Notes: a model not told the origin generated them from the sequence alone. A stretch of DNA of 64,000 nucleotides from an uncultured bacterium (GCA_963717085.1 CAVQVM010000023.1:210627-274626), one strand, 5' to 3'. Positions 9,551 through 19,948 are shown, counted from the first letter of the stretch. Made by a program: numbers and translations.

Positions 9551-10513
9551 ATGCTGCGTACCCGCCTCACGGACGCCCTGCAGGTCGAGCATCCGGTGAT
9601 GCTCGCAGGCATGGGCGGGGTGTCCTACCACCGCCTGGTGGCCGCCGTGTCCGAGGCCGGCGGCTTCGGCTGCATGGGTGCATCCACCATGCGCGACGAG
9701 GAGATGCGGGCGGAGATCGCCGCGGTGCGCGCGGCGACGCCCAGGCCGTTCGGCGTCGACCTGCTCACGGCGCTGCCGCAGGGCCTCGAGAGCAAGGTCC
9801 AAGACGTCGTCCGCGGTGGGGCGAGCGTCTTCGTGGCCGGACTGGGCGTGCCGCGCGACGTCATCGATCAGTGCCACAGCCACGGCCTGCTCGTGGTCAA
9901 CATGTGCGGCAAGGTCCGCCACGCGGTGGCGGCGGTCGAGGCGGGCTGCGACATCGTGGTGGCCCAGGGCACCGAGGCCGGTGGCCACACCGGCCGGGTC
10001 GCCACCATGGCGCTGGTCCCCCAGGTCGCCGACGCCGTCGGCGACCGGGTTCCGGTGGTGGCGGCCGGGGGCATCGTCGACGGGCGGGGGCTGGCGGCGG
10101 CCCTGGCGCTCGGGGCCGACGGCGTGTGGATCGGCACCCGCTTCATCGCCACGCCCGAGGCCCGCGGCGTCCGCGGCTACAAGGACACGCTGCTCCGAAG
10201 CCACGAGGACGACACGGTCGTCACCAACGCCTACACGGGCAAGACGTGCCGGGTGATCGCCAACAGCTACACGCAGGAGTACGAGAACGGTGCGCGGGAG
10301 GTCCAGCGGTTCCCGGCCCAGGTGCTGCAGTCGATCCAGGACGGCGCCAACCACCTCGGCGGCGACGAGGCCACCACCGGCGTGGATCCCGACCGCGAGT
10401 TCTTCCCGGCCGGCCAGGGCGTCGGGTCGATCGACGCACTCGTGCCCGCCGGCGACCTGGTCCACCAGATCGTCGACGAGGCCGAGGCGGTCCTGGCCAA
10501 GATCCGCCCCTGA
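9551..10513 (+). CDS. Nitronate monooxygenase / FabK-like flavin oxidoreductase
   Basis: AGMGG, QGTEAGGHTG, VVAAGGIVDGRG, GVWIGTRF and AGQGVG motifs. Confidence 0.92.
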   Translation: MLRTRLTDALQVEHPVMLAGMGGVSYHRLVAAVSEAGGFGCMGASTMRDEEMRAEIAAVRAATPRPFGVDLLTALPQGLESKVQDVVRGGASVFVAGLGVPRDVIDQCHSHGLLVVNMCGKVRHAVAAVEAGCDIVVAQGTEAGGHTGRVATMALVPQVADAVGDRVPVVAAGGIVDGRGLAAALALGADGVWIGTRFIATPEARGVRGYKDTLLRSHEDDTVVTNAYTGKTCRVIANSYTQEYENGAREVQRFPAQVLQSIQDGANHLGGDEATTGVDPDREFFPAGQGVGSIDALVPAGDLVHQIVDEAEAVLAKIRP

Positions 10514-10524
10514 GGGGGTCTGTG

Positions 10525-12033
10525 CTAGCGCTGCAGCTTGGCGCGCAGGCCGCGGCGGTAGCGCAGGCGCACGATCCGGCGCAGCGAGGCCGTGACCCAG
10601 CCCGGGAGCGGGAACCACTGGAGCTCGCGGCGGAAGTCGAACCGACCTGCCAGCACAGACTTGGTGTTGCAGAACGCGCGCAGCCCCTCGACGCCGTGGA
10701 TCCGGCCGATTCCAGACTCCTTCACCCCGCCGAACGGTAGGCCAGCCACGGCGTAGCTCACCATGCAGTCGTTGATGCAGACGTTGCCGGCCTCGATGGC
10801 GCGGGCGATCTGCTCGGCCCGCTCGTCGTCGGCCGACCACACGGAGCTGTTGAGGCCGTAGCGCGAGTCGTTGGCCAGGCGCACGGCCTCCTCGTCATCG
10901 CGCACCCGCATGATCGGTAGGACGGGGCCGAACGTCTCGTCCCGCATGATGTCCATCGAGTGGTCGACGTCCACCAGGACCGTCGGTTCGTACCACAGGC
11001 CGGCCCGGCCCGGGACCCGACGACCACCGATCAGGACCTTGGCGCCCTTGGCCCCGGCGTCGGCGACGTGCCGCTCGACCGTCTCGACCTGAGGGCCGAA
11101 GCTCATCGACCCGATGTCGTGCCCGGGGCCGCGACCCTGCCGGACCGCCCTGGTCCGCTCCACGACGAGGTCGACGAACCGGTCGTAGACAGCGTCCTCG
11201 ACGTACACCCGCTCGACAGACATGCAGGTCTGCCCGGCGTTCATGAAGGCGCCCCACACCGCGCCGGACGCGGCGCGCTCGACGTCGGCGTCGTCGCACA
11301 CGATCATCGGATCCTTGCCGCCGAGCTCGAGCAGCACCGGCGTCAGGGTCGCGGCCGCCGCCGCCATCACGAGCTTGCCGGTGCGGACCGAGCCGGTGAA
11401 CGCGACCTTCTGCACGCCGGCGCGGACGAGGGCATCCCCGGTGCGGCCGCCTCCCGTCACGACCTGCACGAGGTCAGGATGGGTGCCGGCCTCGGCGAAC
11501 AGCCTGCCGATCTCCAGGCCCACCAGGGGGGTGACCTCGGAGGGCTTGAGGACCACGGTGTTGCCGGCCAGCAGGGCCGACACCACCGGCGTCATGGCCA
11601 ACGTGAGCGGATAGTTCCACGGCGAGATCACGCCCACCACGCCCATCGGCTCGTAGCTGCGCCAGGCCCGTTTGTGCGGCAGCAGCGACCCCACCGGCAC
11701 CTTCTCCGAGCGGAGCGCCTTGGCCCCGTGCTTGCGGTAATGCTCGATCAGCTCGCACGTCGCCAGCACCTCGGCGCTGAGCGCCTCGGGCTCCAGCTTG
11801 CCGGTCTCGCTACAGATGACGTCGACGACCCGGTCGATCCGGTCGATCAGCAGGTCCCGCACCGCCAGCACGTGGTCGAGGCGGTGGTCGAAGTCCAGGG
11901 TGCTCCAGGCCCTGAACGCCTGACGGGCTCGGGCGACGGCGGCGGCCACGTCGTCGGGTCCGTGCTCCGGCAGGCGCGCCAACACCTCGCCCGTGCGCGG
12001 GTCGAGGGTGTCGAAGCCGGGCTCCATCACCAT
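10525..12033 (-). CDS. Aldehyde dehydrogenase
   Basis: SPWNYP, FTGS, LELGGKDP, NAGQTC and ETFGP motifs. Confidence 0.95.
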   Translation of the reverse strand: MVMEPGFDTLDPRTGEVLARLPEHGPDDVAAAVARARQAFRAWSTLDFDHRLDHVLAVRDLLIDRIDRVVDVICSETGKLEPEALSAEVLATCELIEHYRKHGAKALRSEKVPVGSLLPHKRAWRSYEPMGVVGVISPWNYPLTLAMTPVVSALLAGNTVVLKPSEVTPLVGLEIGRLFAEAGTHPDLVQVVTGGGRTGDALVRAGVQKVAFTGSVRTGKLVMAAAAATLTPVLLELGGKDPMIVCDDADVERAASGAVWGAFMNAGQTCMSVERVYVEDAVYDRFVDLVVERTRAVRQGRGPGHDIGSMSFGPQVETVERHVADAGAKGAKVLIGGRRVPGRAGLWYEPTVLVDVDHSMDIMRDETFGPVLPIMRVRDDEEAVRLANDSRYGLNSSVWSADDERAEQIARAIEAGNVCINDCMVSYAVAGLPFGGVKESGIGRIHGVEGLRAFCNTKSVLAGRFDFRRELQWFPLPGWVTASLRRIVRLRYRRGLRAKLQR

Positions 12034-12103
12034 GTTTCCCGCTCTCGGTCTTCGGCCGGGCCGCTCGGGCCCCGCTCGCTCTCTCGCCCTCCGGGACGCT
12101 CGC

Positions 12104-13138
12104 TCAGTCGCCAATCCACTCCTTGAGCCGGCCGACCAGCGCCGGGATGTCCGCAGCGATCGGCGTCACGTTGAGAACCGTGACGCCCGTGTCCCGGTAG
12201 GCGGCGATCCGGTCGCGGACGTAGCCCTCGGGACCGCAGATGGTGGCGGCCTCCAGGAGGCCGGGTGGGACGGCCGCGGCCGCCTCGTCCTTCCGCCCGT
12301 CGAGGTACAGATCCTGGATCTTCTCCGCCTCCGCCTCGTACCCGAACCGCCGGGCCAGGTCGTTGTAGAAGTTGCGGCCCTTGGCGCCCATGCCCCCGAC
12401 GTAGAGCGCCAGCATCGGCCGGGCCAGGTCGCGCATGCCGGTGGCGTCGTCGCCTACGGCCAGCAGCCCACCGGCGACGATCTCGAGCGGTCCCAGGTCG
12501 GGCGGGCGCTTCGTCGCGCCCGCGGCCAGGTCGGGCCCCCACACCTCGTCCACCTTCTCCGGCAGGTAGAAGATCGGCAGCCAGCCGTCGGCGACCTCGG
12601 CAGTCATCCGCACGTTGCGGGGACCGAGCGACGCCACGTAGATGGGCACGCGCTCCCGGACCGGCGTGGGGATCAGCTTGAGCGGCTTGCCCAGGCCGCT
12701 GCCTTGGCCCGGTGGCAGCGGGAGCGTGTACGAGCGGCCCTGGTGCGTGACCCGTTCCCGGGTCCAGACCTTCCGGCAGATCTCGATGATCTCCCGGGTG
12801 CGGCCCACCGGCTCTGTGTAGGGGATGCCGTGCCAGCCCTCGATGACCTGCGGACCGGAGGCGCCGAGGCCCAGCACGCAGCGGCCGTCCGACAGGGCGT
12901 CGACCCCCGCGGCGGTCATGGCGAGCAGGGTCGGCGTGCGGGTGTAGATGGGCAGGATGGCGGCGCCGATCCCGAGGCGCTCGGTCACGGCCGCCAGGTA
13001 GCCCATGAGGCTCACCCCGTCGAACCCGTACGCCTCGGCCACCCACACCATGTCGAGCCCCGCCGCCTCGAGCTCGGCCGCCTGGGCGGCGGACTCCTTG
13101 AACCCGCCTGCGTAGCTGAGCGGCATGCTGAGCTTCAA
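12104..13138 (-). CDS. LLM-class (F420-dependent type) oxidoreductase
   Basis: WVAEAYGFD, RTPTLLAMTAA, GLGASGPQVIEGWHG. TTG start at 13138 follows an AGGGGG RBS; ATG at 13126 is an alternative. Confidence 0.9.
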   Translation of the reverse strand: MKLSMPLSYAGGFKESAAQAAELEAAGLDMVWVAEAYGFDGVSLMGYLAAVTERLGIGAAILPIYTRTPTLLAMTAAGVDALSDGRCVLGLGASGPQVIEGWHGIPYTEPVGRTREIIEICRKVWTRERVTHQGRSYTLPLPPGQGSGLGKPLKLIPTPVRERVPIYVASLGPRNVRMTAEVADGWLPIFYLPEKVDEVWGPDLAAGATKRPPDLGPLEIVAGGLLAVGDDATGMRDLARPMLALYVGGMGAKGRNFYNDLARRFGYEAEAEKIQDLYLDGRKDEAAAAVPPGLLEAATICGPEGYVRDRIAAYRDTGVTVLNVTPIAADIPALVGRLKEWIGD

Positions 13139-13148
13139 CGAGATCCCC

Positions 13149-13535
13149 CTACGCAGCGGCCAGGCGCTCGCGTGCCCGCCGGGAGCGGTCGAGCAGGTGT
13201 GCCGGCACCGACACACCGTTCACGGTCTTGTCCTCGCCCGCGGGCGCCGCGCCGTCCTCGGCGGCCTCGTCGGCCTGTTCGGCGGCCTCCTCGGCGGCGA
13301 TCGCCACCTGCTCGCGCCGCTCGAGGGCCGAGACGAAGTCGCGCGGGCGGGCCAGGACCGCACCGTCGAGCGAGCCGATGTCGACGCCGTTGTCGAACAG
13401 CACCCGATACCGGGTCCAGGCGAAACCCTCGACCAGATAGACGCGTCCCCGGGTGCCGGCCGGCACGCCCGGCAGGTAGTCGAGGTTCTTCACCTTCTCG
13501 TTCCGCCTGAACCCGTCGAACGCGGCCTTCGCCAT
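13149..13535 (-). CDS. Hypothetical protein (128 aa): beta-rich N-terminal domain, acidic linker, short C-terminal helix
   Basis: Good codon usage and fills the gap between genes. No family recognised. Confidence 0.75.
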   Translation of the reverse strand: MAKAAFDGFRRNEKVKNLDYLPGVPAGTRGRVYLVEGFAWTRYRVLFDNGVDIGSLDGAVLARPRDFVSALERREQVAIAAEEAAEQADEAAEDGAAPAGEDKTVNGVSVPAHLLDRSRRARERLAAA

Positions 13536-13592
13536 ACGCCCATGATCCTGCCAAATCGGCCACGGATTGCCCGAATTTCCCGGCTGTTGGAA

Positions 13593-13607
13593 TAGTTCGC
13601 CTAACTA
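13593..13607. promoter_or_regulatory. AT-rich palindrome, probable MarR operator
   Basis: TAGTT-cgcct-AACTA in an AT-rich patch just upstream of the marR ATG at 13625. Confidence 0.5.
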
Positions 13608-13624
13608 ATTAGCCTAGTGAACTG

Positions 13625-14080
13625 ATGGCAGGTACAACGACGGCCGACTTCGAGATCACCGAGCTTGCCGGACGCCTGCGGCTGGCGTCGGCACGGCTCC
13701 ACCGTCGGCTGCGGCAGGAGGCCGACACCGGCCTCTCACCGTCACAGCAGTCGGCGCTGGGCACGATCGACCTCCAGGGCCCGATCACGCTGGGCGACCT
13801 CGCCGCCGCGGAGCAGGTGACGCCGCCGACGATCACGAAGGTGGTCGCCCGACTCGAGGAGGAGGGCCTGATCGACCGGAGCGTCGACGCATCCGACCGG
13901 CGCATCATCCGGGTGTCGACCACCCGCGAGGGACGTCGGCGCCTCGAACACAGCCGGGCCCGGCGGAATGCGTTCCTCGCCGCCCGGCTCGACGAGCTCG
14001 GTCCCGACGCCATGCGCCGGCTCCATGACGCCATCGATGCGCTCGAGGAGCTTGCCGGCGTCGGGGCGTCGCGCACTTGA
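13625..14080 (+). CDS. MarR-family transcriptional regulator
   Basis: LRLASARLHRRLRQ, LGDLAAAEQVTPPTIT, LEEEGLI, DRR motifs. Confidence 0.93.
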   Translation: MAGTTTADFEITELAGRLRLASARLHRRLRQEADTGLSPSQQSALGTIDLQGPITLGDLAAAEQVTPPTITKVVARLEEEGLIDRSVDASDRRIIRVSTTREGRRRLEHSRARRNAFLAARLDELGPDAMRRLHDAIDALEELAGVGASRT

Positions 14081-15363
14081 GCGAGCGTCTGCGCATCGCC
14101 GGCCACGAGACGTTCCGTTCGTTCGCGAGCCGGAACTTCCGCCTCTTCTTCGGGGGCCAGCTCATCAGCCAGGCCGGCACGTGGATGCAGTCGGTCGCGA
14201 TCACCTGGCTCGTCTTCGACCTCACCGGCAGCGGCGTCGCCCTCGGCCTCGTGACCGCGGCGGAGTTCCTGCCCATCCTGGTGTTCGGCGCCTGGGCGGG
14301 AGTGATCGCCGACCGCGTCGACCGCCACCGGCTGATGATCTGCACCCAGTCGGCGTTCCTGGCCCTGGCGACCACGCTGTCGGTGCTCACCCTGAGCGGC
14401 CGCATCACCGTCGGCGCGCTGTTCCTTCTGTCGCTCGTCTTCGGGATCATCAACGCCTTCGACAACCCGTCGCGCCGGGCGCTGGTGGTCGAGCTCGTCC
14501 CCGAGACCGACGTTCCCAACGCCGTCGGACTGAACAGCGCGCTCATGACCGGGTCGCGGGTCGTCGGTCCCACGATCGCGGGCGTGCTCATCGCGGGGCC
14601 CGGCGCCGGCGTGTGCTTCGCCGTGAATGCCGTGACCTACGTGGCCGTGATCGGGGCCCTCCTGCGCATGAACCGGGCGCGGTTCCGATCGTCCCCACGG
14701 GTCGCCAAGGCAAAGGGCCAGCTCCGCGAGGGCCTGCGGTACATGTGGCGGACGCCCGAGCTGCGCCTGCCCATCATCCTCATGGCCGTGGTCGGCACGG
14801 TGGCGTTCAACTATCCGGTGACCCTGCCGCTGCTGGCCGAGCGGAGCTTCCACGGCACGGCGTCGACGTTCACAATGCTGTTCGCCACGCTCAGCCTCGG
14901 ATCGGTGTTCGGCGCCCTGGTGGTGGCGCGGCGGAGCTCCGTGGACCTGGGATTCCTGGTGCGGTCCGGTGCCGGACTGGCGGCCTCCACCCTGGCTCTG
15001 GCCGCGGCGCCGACGCTGCCGTTGGCGGTCCTCGCCACGGTGACGGTGGGCTTCTGCAACGTGTTGATGATCTCGGGCGCCAACACCGTCGTGCAGCTGC
15101 GGGCGGCGCCACCGATGCGGGGCCGGGTGCTTGCGCTGCTCACCGTGGTGTTCCTGGGATCGACCCCGATCGGAAGCCCGATCATTGGCGCGGTGGCCGA
15201 GCTGACCGACGTCCGGGTGGCCCTCGTCCTCGGCGGCCTGGCCACCGGCCTCGCCACGGCCTGGACGGCACGCCAGATGCGGGCCGCGCCCCAACCGAAA
15301 CCTGCCGCGGGATTGGTTGCCATGGCCACCAATCCCGCGGCAGGTTTCCGCGAGGTGGCCTAG
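14077..15363 (+). CDS. MFS transporter (MFS_3/DHA3-like)
   Basis: RNFRLFFGGQLISQAGTWMQ, G..ADRVDR, NAFDNPSR, MRGRV, about 12 TM segments. Overlaps the marR stop. Confidence 0.92.
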   Translation: MSERLRIAGHETFRSFASRNFRLFFGGQLISQAGTWMQSVAITWLVFDLTGSGVALGLVTAAEFLPILVFGAWAGVIADRVDRHRLMICTQSAFLALATTLSVLTLSGRITVGALFLLSLVFGIINAFDNPSRRALVVELVPETDVPNAVGLNSALMTGSRVVGPTIAGVLIAGPGAGVCFAVNAVTYVAVIGALLRMNRARFRSSPRVAKAKGQLREGLRYMWRTPELRLPIILMAVVGTVAFNYPVTLPLLAERSFHGTASTFTMLFATLSLGSVFGALVVARRSSVDLGFLVRSGAGLAASTLALAAAPTLPLAVLATVTVGFCNVLMISGANTVVQLRAAPPMRGRVLALLTVVFLGSTPIGSPIIGAVAELTDVRVALVLGGLATGLATAWTARQMRAAPQPKPAAGLVAMATNPAAGFREVA

Positions 15364-15391
15364 GCCCAGGCGACAGGCGGCGCCTCGGTCG

Positions 15392-16504
15392 TCAGTCGTG
15401 CGGCAGGCCCAGCGCCCGTTCGCCGATGATGTTGCGCTGGACCTCACCGGTTCCACCCCCGACGGTCAGGGCGGGAGCGAACAGGAACCCGTAGTGCCAG
15501 AGGTCGACCGGGACACCGAGCGGTCCGTGGTCGGTGAGCATCCCGGCCGCCCCGGCAAGGTCCTTGGCCAGCCGGAACAGGTGCTGGCCGTGCTCGTCGG
15601 CCAGCACCTTGCGGACGGACGCCTCGGGCCCGGGCGGCTCGCCCCGAATCTGGGCGCTCACCGTCCGCAGGCGGATCAGGCGCAGCAGTTCGCCCTCGAT
15701 GTGCAGGCGGACGATCCGATCGCGCAGCATCGGGTCGGCGACCGGTCCGCGGGAACGCACGACGGCGAGCAGGTCCTCGGCCGCCGGCCCCCGGCCCCAC
15801 AGGCCGCCGCCGGTCGAGAGGGACACCCGCTCGTTGGCCAGCGTCACCTTGGCAAGCTCCCAGCCCCGGCCCTCCTCTCCGACCAGGGTGTCCGCCGACA
15901 GGCGCACGTCGTCGAGGAACACCTCGTTGAACATGTGGGCGCCCGTCATCTCGACGATCGGACGCACGGTCACGCCCGGAGCGTCCATGGGGCAGACGAA
16001 GTACGAGATGCCGCGGTGCTTGGGCGCCTCCGGATCGGTCCGCGCGATGAGGATCCCGAAGCGGGCCTCGTGGGCGAGCGAGGTCCAGATCTTCTGGCCG
16101 GTGACGACCCACTCGTCTCCGTCGCGCACGGCGCGGGTGGTGAGCGACGCCAGGTCCGAGCCGGCGCCGGGCTCGCTGAAGAGCTGGCACCAGATCTCGT
16201 CACCCGACAGCAGCGGGGGGAGGTAGCGCTCCTGCTGCGCCTGGGTGCCGGCGTGGAGCAACGTCGGACCGGCCCAGCCGATGCCCACCGGGTTGGCGGG
16301 TCGGGCGACACCCGCCCCCCGCAGCTCTTCGTCGATCGCCAGCTGGTGGACCGGATCGGCGTCCAGCCCGTAGGGCTTGGGCCAATGTGGCGCGACGAGC
16401 CCGGCCGCGGCCAGCTCGCGGCCCGACGGTGATGGATGCTCGGCCAGCCACACCCGCACCTCGACCCGCCGCGGATCGTCGTCGGCCGGCAGTTCGAAGT
16501 CCAC
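15392..16504 (-). CDS. Acyl-CoA dehydrogenase
   Basis: WCQLFSEPGAGSDLASL, GQKIWTS, FNEVF and GGTGEVQRNII motifs. Confidence 0.95.
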   Translation of the reverse strand: MDFELPADDDPRRVEVRVWLAEHPSPSGRELAAAGLVAPHWPKPYGLDADPVHQLAIDEELRGAGVARPANPVGIGWAGPTLLHAGTQAQQERYLPPLLSGDEIWCQLFSEPGAGSDLASLTTRAVRDGDEWVVTGQKIWTSLAHEARFGILIARTDPEAPKHRGISYFVCPMDAPGVTVRPIVEMTGAHMFNEVFLDDVRLSADTLVGEEGRGWELAKVTLANERVSLSTGGGLWGRGPAAEDLLAVVRSRGPVADPMLRDRIVRLHIEGELLRLIRLRTVSAQIRGEPPGPEASVRKVLADEHGQHLFRLAKDLAGAAGMLTDHGPLGVPVDLWHYGFLFAPALTVGGGTGEVQRNIIGERALGLPHD

Positions 16505-16586
16505 GGGACGACCCTACGTGGGGTGGGCCACCTACGGACCAACCGCTACCCTCCGACGAGCCGCCGATCCCCCGAGGAGCGCACCG

Positions 16587-18200
16587 ATGCCAGGCTGGAG
16601 CTTCGCCGATGTCTGGGAGGTCATCGCCCAGCAGCTGCCGGACGCCCCCTGCCAGATCCAGGGTGACAGGCGCATCTCGTGGGACGAGTTCGACCGCCGC
16701 GCGAACGGGGTGGCGCAGACCCTGCTCGACGCCGGCGTTGCCGAGCAGGACAAGGTGGCCCAGTACCTCTACAACTGCCCCGAGTACATCGAGTCGATGT
16801 TCGCGGGGTTCAAGGCCGGGCTGGTCCCGATCAACACCAACTACCGCTACCAGGACGACGAGCTCGTCTACCTGTGGGACAACGCCGACTGCGTGGCCAT
16901 CGTGTTCCACGGCGCCTTCACCGACACGATCGAGCGCATCCGCGAGCGTCTCCCACGGGTGCACACCTGGCTGTGGGTCGACGACGGCAGCGGCCCTCGT
17001 CCCGACTGGGCGGTCGCCTACGAGGATGCCGCCGCGTCTCACCCGGAGCGGGCGGCGGGGCCGTGGGGACACGACGGCGATCACCTGATCATGCTCTACA
17101 CCGGCGGGACCACCGGGATGCCGAAGGGTGTCATGTGGCGGCAGGACGACCTGTTCCGCAACCTGGTGTCGCAGGTGAACCCCGTCTACAAGGACGCCGA
17201 GGCCGACCCGGCGATGGTGCGGGAACAGGTGAGGGACGTGGGGCCCGTCGGCCTCCCCGCCTGCCCACTCATGCACGGCACCGGCCTCTACACGCAGCTC
17301 ATCTGCCTGGCGCTGGGCGGGAGCACGGTGACCCTCGCGTCGCGCCGCTTCGACATCGAGGAGATGTTCGACACGATCGAGCGCGAGCGGGTCAACCAGA
17401 TCGCCATCGTCGGGGACGCCTTCGGCAAGCCCATGCTCAAGGCACTCGACGAGAACCCGGGACGATGGGACCTGGCCAGCCTGTTCCTGGTCGCATCTTC
17501 GGGCGTGATGTTCAGCGAACCGGTCAAGCAGGGTCTGCTCCGGCATCACCCGAACATGCTGTTGGTCGACGCCTTCTCCTCGTCCGAGGCGATCGGCATG
17601 GGCCAGTCGGTCTCCTCCGGAACGTCGGCCAGCGACACGGCCAAGTTCGTGCTGGGCGAGCACACGATCGTGATCACCGACGACGGCCGGCGGCTGGAGC
17701 CGGGGTCCGACGAGATCGGCCGGGTGGCGGTGGGCGGGCACCAGCCCGTCGGCTACTACAAGGACCCGGAGAAGACCGCCGCCACGTTCATCGAGTTCGA
17801 GGGTCGGCGCTACTCCTGCCCGGGTGACTACGCCCGGGTGGAGGCCGACGGCAGCCTGACCCTGCTCGGCCGGGGCTCCGTGGTCATCAACACCGGAGGC
17901 GAGAAGGTCTTCCCCGAGGAGGTCGAGGAGGCGCTCAAGACCTATCCGGGGATCCGAGATGCGGTGGCCGTGGGCATCCCCGACGATCGCTTCGGCGAGG
18001 TGGTCACCGCGGTGGTCGAAGTCGCCGACGGAGCCGACGTCGAGCCCGACGCCGTCATCGACCACGTCCGGTCCAAGCTGGCCGTCTACAAGGCGCCGAG
18101 GCGGGTTTTCGTCATCGACACCATCGGCCGGGCGCCCAACGGCAAGGTCGACTACAAGCGCCTGCGGGCGTACGCGATCGACAATTCGGCCGCCGGGTAG
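16587..18200 (+). CDS. Acyl-CoA synthetase (FadD19-like AMP-binding)
   Basis: YTGGTTGMPKG, PLMHG, GYYKDPEK, GD and INTGGEKVFPEEVE motifs. Confidence 0.93.
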   Translation: MPGWSFADVWEVIAQQLPDAPCQIQGDRRISWDEFDRRANGVAQTLLDAGVAEQDKVAQYLYNCPEYIESMFAGFKAGLVPINTNYRYQDDELVYLWDNADCVAIVFHGAFTDTIERIRERLPRVHTWLWVDDGSGPRPDWAVAYEDAAASHPERAAGPWGHDGDHLIMLYTGGTTGMPKGVMWRQDDLFRNLVSQVNPVYKDAEADPAMVREQVRDVGPVGLPACPLMHGTGLYTQLICLALGGSTVTLASRRFDIEEMFDTIERERVNQIAIVGDAFGKPMLKALDENPGRWDLASLFLVASSGVMFSEPVKQGLLRHHPNMLLVDAFSSSEAIGMGQSVSSGTSASDTAKFVLGEHTIVITDDGRRLEPGSDEIGRVAVGGHQPVGYYKDPEKTAATFIEFEGRRYSCPGDYARVEADGSLTLLGRGSVVINTGGEKVFPEEVEEALKTYPGIRDAVAVGIPDDRFGEVVTAVVEVADGADVEPDAVIDHVRSKLAVYKAPRRVFVIDTIGRAPNGKVDYKRLRAYAIDNSAAG

Positions 18201-18221
18201 CCGCCGGGTAGCCGCCGGGTA
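18189..18221 (+). repeat. Three tandem copies of 11-bp gccgccgggta spanning the stop codon
   Basis: Copies start at 18189, 18200 and 18211. Confidence 0.9.
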
Positions 18222-18296
18222 GCCGTCGCGTGGCCATTACTGGCCACCACAGGGCCAATGTGTGATCGACGCTGAACGGGCGGGTACGGTGCGCCC

Positions 18297-18953
18297 GTGT
18301 CCGAGCCCTTCGAGCCCGAGCACGAGCTACGCAAGCGGTTCCGCCAGGAGCTCGACGAGATCCACGCCCGGGTCATCCGCCTGTTCGCCCTCGTCACCGA
18401 GGGCGTGGCAGCGGCCTCAGAGTCGCTGCTGGCCGGTGACACCGAGATGGCCCGCCGTTTGGCGGGCCGCGACGCGCTCGTCGATCAGCTCGAGGCCGAT
18501 CTGGAGAAGGTGGCCGAGCGCGAGCTCCTCACGCAGGGGCCGATGGGGCGCGACATGCGCTACCTGGTGTCGGTGCTGCGCATCGTGCCCGAGCTGGAGC
18601 GCAGCGGCGATCTCGCCGAGCACATCGCGCAGCGGGCCGCCACCGGGCTAGCCCTGCGCCTCACGCCTACGGTCCGGGGGCTGCTGGAGCAGCTGGGCAC
18701 CACCTGCGTCGTGATGTGGCAGGGCGCTGCCGATGCGTGGGTGGAACGCGACCCCGAGGCCGCTGAGCGCCTCGACACGACCGACGACCGCATCGACAGC
18801 TTGCACGACCAGTTGGTCGAGGAGCTGGGCAAGTCGGACATCGCGCTTCCCGACGCTCTGCAGGCCACCCTCGTGGCGCGGTTCTACGAGCGCCTCGGCG
18901 ACCACGCTGTGCACATCGCCGAACGCATCCGCTACCTGGCCGTCGGGACCTGA
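18297..18953 (+). CDS. phoU: Phosphate uptake regulator PhoU
   Basis: Two PhoU repeats: ELERSGDLAEHIA and YERLGDHAVHIAERI. Confidence 0.88.
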   Translation: MSEPFEPEHELRKRFRQELDEIHARVIRLFALVTEGVAAASESLLAGDTEMARRLAGRDALVDQLEADLEKVAERELLTQGPMGRDMRYLVSVLRIVPELERSGDLAEHIAQRAATGLALRLTPTVRGLLEQLGTTCVVMWQGAADAWVERDPEAAERLDTTDDRIDSLHDQLVEELGKSDIALPDALQATLVARFYERLGDHAVHIAERIRYLAVGT

Positions 18954-19035
18954 TGCGCTTTCGCCTGGTCCAGGCGCGCCCGAGGAGAGCGAGCAATGCG
19001 GGGCCGCCCCAGACACCCCTCTACGCTCCTGCGCC

Positions 19036-19929
19036 ATGGCTGATCTCGGATTCGATGGCAAGGTCGCGATCATCACGGGCGCCGGCGGGGGTCTGGGACG
19101 TTCTCACGCCCTCGAGCTGGCCCGCCGTGGCGCCCTGATCGTCGCCAATGACCTCGGCGGATCGGTCGACGGGACCGGCAGCGGCACCACCGCCGCTCAG
19201 GCCGTGGTCGACGAGATCACGGCAGCAGGCGGTGACGCCGTGGCCAATTACGACTCCGTCGCCACGTCGGAGGGCGGCCAGGCCATCGTGCAGACGGCGC
19301 TCGACCGCTTCGGCCGCGTCGACATCGTGATCAACAACGCCGGCATCCTGCGGGACGCGTCGTTCAAGAACATGGGTCCGGACAACGTCAACCCCGTGCT
19401 CGACGTCCACCTCCGGGGCGCGTTCCACGTCACGCAGCCGGCCTGGGAGCACATGCGGGCCCAGAACTACGGCCGCATCGTCAACACGAGCTCCGGGGCG
19501 GGCGTGTTCGGCAACTTCGGCCAGACCAACTACGGCGCCGCCAAGATGGGCCTCGTCGGCCTCACCCGGGTGCTCGCGGTCGAGGGAGCCAAGAACAACA
19601 TCAAGGTCAACGCCATCGCCCCGGTGGCCAAGACCCGCATGACCGAGGATCTGCTGGGGCCGATCGCAGACAAGCTGCTTCCCGAGTCGGTCACGCCGCT
19701 CGTGGTCTTCCTGGCCCACGAGGACTGCCCGGTGACCGGCGAGCTCTACACGCTGGGCGGGGGCCGGGTGGCGCGGGTCTTCCTGGGGGTCACCCAGGGC
19801 ATCGTCGACCCGAAGCTCACGCCAGAGATCGTGCGCGACCGCTTCGACGAGATCCGCGACGAGGCGGGCTACGAGGTACCGGCGCAAATGAACGACGAAC
19901 TGCGGATCGCTCTCAAGTCCCTGAGCTGA
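19036..19929 (+). CDS. SDR family oxidoreductase (MFE-2/HSD17B4 dehydrogenase-like)
   Basis: TGAGGGLG, NNAGILRD and GNFGQTNYGAAKMG motifs. Confidence 0.93.
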   Translation: MADLGFDGKVAIITGAGGGLGRSHALELARRGALIVANDLGGSVDGTGSGTTAAQAVVDEITAAGGDAVANYDSVATSEGGQAIVQTALDRFGRVDIVINNAGILRDASFKNMGPDNVNPVLDVHLRGAFHVTQPAWEHMRAQNYGRIVNTSSGAGVFGNFGQTNYGAAKMGLVGLTRVLAVEGAKNNIKVNAIAPVAKTRMTEDLLGPIADKLLPESVTPLVVFLAHEDCPVTGELYTLGGGRVARVFLGVTQGIVDPKLTPEIVRDRFDEIRDEAGYEVPAQMNDELRIALKSLS

Positions 19930-19948
19930 CAGGAGTGGATTTCGCGAG

